From an uncultured delta proteobacterium (lineage in GTDB: Bacteria > Myxococcota_A > UBA9160 > SMWR01), in assembly GCA_963832165.1 (NCBI GenBank), contig CAWHTE010000011.1:832001-896000 (forward strand): a stretch of DNA of 64,000 nt, given 5' to 3'. A program made the translations under genes and the position numbers. Position 1 is the stretch's first letter. Each line of letters opens with the position of its first letter. The notes below the pieces were generated by a model that ran no database searches, was not told where the DNA came from, and worked only from the letters and a program-made list of their open reading frames with translations. Positions 60,106 through 64,000 of the stretch are shown in pieces.

Positions 60106-63100
60106 ATGCGAATCAACCATAACCGCGCACGACGGATCGCGACTCTGGCCGCAATCGCGGCCCTCGCGGTACCGCGCGCGGCGATCACCGAGACCGTCGA
60201 CGACACGTTCCTGATCACGACGAGCGTCAAGCCGAACGTGATCCTGATCCTCGACAACTCGACCACGATGAACCAGATCGAGTGGCACCCGGCGTTCAAT
60301 CCGGCCACGGCGCCCACCTGCGCCGGCATCGATCCGAACACCGAGTATGTCGGGACGGGCAACAACGAGACCTACTGCGGGAACACCCGCAGGATGTACA
60401 AGGTGACCGCGGGCGGAGCCCCCGCGACGCTCTGGAATGGCAAGTATCTGGCCTGGTACTACAGCTTGAGCACGGCGGTTCCCGCGGAGAACGCGATCCT
60501 CAACCAGATCGCGACCAGCGTCGTCACGGTCGCGGGCTGCAACACAGCGGGCGCCGGAACGCGATTCACGGCGCAGTTCCGCCGCACGCGCGCCGACGCC
60601 ATGCGCCAGGTCTTCTTCGACGTGCTGTGCCTCTCGGAGCCGAAGGGCCTGCGCTTCGGCCTCGGAGTGCTTCGCCTTGCCGCCGACGCCGGCAGCGTCG
60701 ACCCCAACGGCGGCTATATCGCCGCGGCCGTCGACGACAATACGCCGGCCCACGCGGCCGATCTCGAGGCGCACATCGGCAATACGAAGATCAACGATCC
60801 GGGGACGCCCCTCACCGAGGCAGTCTTCCAGTACTACACGTACCTGATGCCGCGCACCAACGGGAGCATTCCCTACGGCAAGGGCGGCCCCCCTACGCGG
60901 TTCCCGAAATACGTCTACAACAAGAACGGCGACGACTCGACTGCGGCCGGCGGTCGCCTCGGCGACCCGGTGCAGCAGGCCTGCCAGAAGAACTACATGA
61001 TCCTCGTGACGAGCGGGCTCGCGACGCGCGACGACTTCGACACGGACCCCGCAACCACGTCGCAGGGCTTCGCCGACTTCGTCACGCTGGTCGGCGACTA
61101 CTATTCCGAAGGCGACACCGAGGTTCCGGGAACGACGGACGAGCGCACGCTCTACCTCGACGACCTCACGAAGTACATGCACGAGAACGACCTGCGCCCG
61201 GATTTCGACGACGATCAGACGATCGACTTCTACACGATCGGCTTCGGCACCACGGCGGCAGACAACGCGTACCTGAGCCGCGTCTCCGAAGGGGTCGGAG
61301 GCGGGCTCCACTTCACGGTGCAGGACGGAGATGCACTGTCGCAGGCGCTCGTCGACGCGCTCAACGACATCGTCGAGAAGTCGCGTTCGTTCACGGCGGC
61401 CACGGTTCCGTCGGCACGCACCGCCGACGGCGGCGACTTCTACAACAGCTTCTTCCTGCCGTCGGACAAGACGGCTTTCTGGGAGGGCCACCTGCGCGCA
61501 TGGCACTTCACGGCTGCGGGTGAGATCGTCGACAGCGACGATCATTGCGCGCTCGTCGACCCGGACGGCGGATCCGAGTGCAACGACGGCCCGTTCCAGG
61601 TGTCCTGCCAGACGGGCGAAATGTGGCCGGACTGCGTCAATCCGTTCTGGGACGCCGGCGATGCGACGCGCCTCACGCTCGATCCGGGCGCCGCCAATCC
61701 TACGACTACCCCATGGCCGGTCCCCGGCAACAACGCGCGCCAGCTCTACACGTCGAAGCTCTTCAGCGGAACACCCACGCTCGTCAACTTCGACATGGCC
61801 CTCACGAGGGCTGATCTCAAGCTCCTGACCTTCACAGTCGCCGGCACCGCGGGCATTCCCGCCGACCCGAGTCCGAACAGCGACTTGTACACGAGCAAGG
61901 GCAGCCAGGCCCTCAACGCGGACGGGCTCGCCGACGAGGTGGTCGCATACGCGCGTGGCTGCTTCTTCGGCACGGGCGTGACGGGTGCGAACATCCAGCC
62001 CGCACCCGACGGCCAGAAGCCCTGCGCGGAGCGCGGCTGGCTGATCGGGGACATCTTCCACTCCGACCCGATCGTGGTGCGCAACCCGGCGGTTCGCGAG
62101 CTCGATTCCAGCTACGACGCTTTCCGCACGACGTATGGCTCCCGCGATCGCGTGATCTACACCGGCACGAACGGCGGCTATCTCGAGGCGTTCCACGCGG
62201 GAGACTGGATCTCCACACCCAGCCCCGGGAAGTACGACGAGGGCACCGGCGTGGAGATATTCGGCTTCATGCCCTGGGAGCCGCGCACCAAGATCAAGAA
62301 CCAGCCGATCGACGCGCCGACCAACCGGACGCACTACGTCGACGGCGCACCGCAGGTAGCGGACGCTTGGTTCTACAGCGGCGCCAAGAGCGCCGTGAAG
62401 GCCGAGGCCGACTGGCACACCGTGCTCGCGGGCGGTCTGCGCGAGGGTGGCCGGCACTACTACGCCCTCGATGTCACGAACCCTTCGAAGCTCACGGGGA
62501 CCGGAAAGCCGCAGTATCCGGAGCTCCTCTGGGAGTTCCCGACCGAGGCCGACTTCAACTCGGGTACGGGCGACTATGTGAACATGGGCGAGACCTGGGG
62601 CCAGCCGATCATGGCGCGCGTGCGATTGCGCGTCTGCGATCCCACCTGCAGCGACAACGGCGGGCAGGGATTCGAGCGCTGGGTGGCGATCGTTACGGGC
62701 GGCTACGACGCCTCGAGCGACCCGAACCCCACCGTGGTGGACCCGAGCGCGGCGTACAGCGCCACCTCGACGAAGGGCCGCGGGATCTACATGATCGATC
62801 TCAAGACGGGAGCGGTGATCGCGCAGCAGAAGGTGACCACGCCCGGGGCGCCTCCGGCCCTGAATACCGGCACGGTCCAGAACCAGATGCAGTACTCGAT
62901 CCTGTCGACGCCGAGCGTGATCGACATCGACGCGGACGGCTTCGCCGACCTGGTCTTCGTCGGCGACCTGGGCGGCAACCTCTTCAAGTGGGTGATCAAG
63001 CCGATCGGCGAGGACCGCGTGAACGACGGCTCGGGCCTGCGCACGCAGCCCGCCTGGAAGTTCCAGCACTTGTTCCAGGCGCCGACCTTCACCGGGAGCC

Positions 63101-63789
63101 CCGGGAGCACGAAGTACTACAAGAACATCTTCCAACCGCCGTCGGCCGCGTACGTGAACAACACGCTCTGGCTCGGCTTCGGCACCGGCGAGCGCGCGGC
63201 GATCGGCTTCACGGATCGGCTGACCGACGGCGACGATCCCACCGACGCGACCGCCGACGACGAGGACCACACCGGTGAGGAGAACCGCTTCTACGCGATC
63301 AACGATCCCGACCCGCTCGCGACCGCGGCCACCGCGCCCAACGTGGTGACGGAAGCCGTGCTGACCGACATCACGACGGTGGGCACGCCCGTGACCTCGC
63401 AGCGCGGCTACTACTTCAAGTCGAGCAACGCCGAGAAGTTCGTCACCACCACGGTGATCTTCGCGGGCAAAGTGATCACGGCCTCGTTCACGCCCTCACA
63501 GATCCAGCCGGGCGCCCCGGGCTGGGACCCGTGCACTCAGCGCGGCAACGGCAAGCTCTACATCTTCGACCTCAGGACCGGGAAGGGCGTATTCGACGAC
63601 GGTGCGGGCGGCGAGCAGCGCTACACCGACATCGGCTCGGGCCTGCCGACCGATCCGAAGATATCGATCGGCGTCGGCGGCGACGACAACAAGATCGTGA
63701 TCCAGAAGAGCGGCACCGACATCCAGATCTTCGATGCGGAAGACGTGAGCTTTGGCCGCGGGATCATCTACTGGCGCGAGTTGCACTGA
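60106..63789 (+). CDS. pilY1: PilY1/PilC-family pilus tip adhesin (vWA-like plus beta-propeller)
   Basis: PNV.LILDNS..M, TPL.EA, CQKNY.I.VT.G, W.G.LRA, GDIFHS.P, G.N.G.L.AF, DIDADGFAD Ca loop; ends WREL. Confidence 0.9.
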   Translation: MRINHNRARRIATLAAIAALAVPRAAITETVDDTFLITTSVKPNVILILDNSTTMNQIEWHPAFNPATAPTCAGIDPNTEYVGTGNNETYCGNTRRMYKVTAGGAPATLWNGKYLAWYYSLSTAVPAENAILNQIATSVVTVAGCNTAGAGTRFTAQFRRTRADAMRQVFFDVLCLSEPKGLRFGLGVLRLAADAGSVDPNGGYIAAAVDDNTPAHAADLEAHIGNTKINDPGTPLTEAVFQYYTYLMPRTNGSIPYGKGGPPTRFPKYVYNKNGDDSTAAGGRLGDPVQQACQKNYMILVTSGLATRDDFDTDPATTSQGFADFVTLVGDYYSEGDTEVPGTTDERTLYLDDLTKYMHENDLRPDFDDDQTIDFYTIGFGTTAADNAYLSRVSEGVGGGLHFTVQDGDALSQALVDALNDIVEKSRSFTAATVPSARTADGGDFYNSFFLPSDKTAFWEGHLRAWHFTAAGEIVDSDDHCALVDPDGGSECNDGPFQVSCQTGEMWPDCVNPFWDAGDATRLTLDPGAANPTTTPWPVPGNNARQLYTSKLFSGTPTLVNFDMALTRADLKLLTFTVAGTAGIPADPSPNSDLYTSKGSQALNADGLADEVVAYARGCFFGTGVTGANIQPAPDGQKPCAERGWLIGDIFHSDPIVVRNPAVRELDSSYDAFRTTYGSRDRVIYTGTNGGYLEAFHAGDWISTPSPGKYDEGTGVEIFGFMPWEPRTKIKNQPIDAPTNRTHYVDGAPQVADAWFYSGAKSAVKAEADWHTVLAGGLREGGRHYYALDVTNPSKLTGTGKPQYPELLWEFPTEADFNSGTGDYVNMGETWGQPIMARVRLRVCDPTCSDNGGQGFERWVAIVTGGYDASSDPNPTVVDPSAAYSATSTKGRGIYMIDLKTGAVIAQQKVTTPGAPPALNTGTVQNQMQYSILSTPSVIDIDADGFADLVFVGDLGGNLFKWVIKPIGEDRVNDGSGLRTQPAWKFQHLFQAPTFTGSPGSTKYYKNIFQPPSAAYVNNTLWLGFGTGERAAIGFTDRLTDGDDPTDATADDEDHTGEENRFYAINDPDPLATAATAPNVVTEAVLTDITTVGTPVTSQRGYYFKSSNAEKFVTTTVIFAGKVITASFTPSQIQPGAPGWDPCTQRGNGKLYIFDLRTGKGVFDDGAGGEQRYTDIGSGLPTDPKISIGVGGDDNKIVIQKSGTDIQIFDAEDVSFGRGIIYWRELH

Positions 63790-63811
63790 TCAGTCTGCAG
63801 GGGGGAATGTC

Positions 63812-64000
63812 ATGCGAGGACTCGCGATCGGCTTCGCGATCGGGGCGCTGTGCGTGGGCTGTGGCGAGGGCGCACCGCCCGCGCCCACGTCCGCGACGGC
63901 GTCGCTCGAGTTCGGCGAGGCGGCTGGCAACCGCGCTCCGATCATCGAATCGGTGCGCCTCGATCCGGCCGAGCCCGCGCAGAGCGCCACCGTGAGCGCG
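63812..64000 (+). CDS. Partial lipoprotein, probably Ig-like/PKD (runs off the window)
   Basis: Translated by hand: MRGLAIGFAIGALCVGCGEG...NRAPIIESVRLDP; lipobox plus N.AP.I strand motif. Confidence 0.65.
   Translation, partial: MRGLAIGFAIGALCVGCGEGAPPAPTSATASLEFGEAAGNRAPIIESVRLDPAEPAQSATVSA

Noticed and set aside
59347..63270. Very long antisense or alternative-frame ORFs (also 41785..45591, 20382..23555, 12701..15157)
   Set aside because: These are shadow ORFs expected in high-GC DNA. They are Arg/Ala/Gly-rich, lack motifs and overlap well-supported genes.

Overview
Very GC-rich (about 70% by eye), gene-dense bacterial chromosomal segment. The gene content suggests a Myxococcota/deltaproteobacterial relative (inference): a myxobacterial-type Cys repeat, a PEP-CTERM tail, sigma-54 regulation and a type IV minor pilin cluster. 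It carries about 55 genes in four groups: lipid/xenobiotic catabolism (paired acyl-CoA dehydrogenases, acyl-CoA ligase, P450, SDRs, VOC proteins, an LLM oxidoreductase-sulfotransferase-MBL hydrolase operon, an IDO-family dioxygenase); large secreted proteins (copper-radical oxidase, a multi-module NPP/alkaline-phosphatase-superfamily protein, a TSP3-repeat metallopeptidase); envelope genes; and a kinase/sigma-54 activator followed by fimU/T-pilV-pilW-pilX-pilY1. I saw no rRNA, tRNA, CRISPR array, transposase or integrase. The most unusual signals are non-coding. First, two copies of a 192-bp element with 25-bp terminal inverted repeats lie 28 kb apart, each followed by a conserved linker and a roughly 143-bp hairpin module whose closing stem is conserved but whose interior differs. 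Second, a multi-stem riboswitch-like leader lies upstream of a MATE transporter. Eight apparent single-base insertions break five genes and look like sequencing error. All family assignments come from motif recognition by eye; no searches were run.
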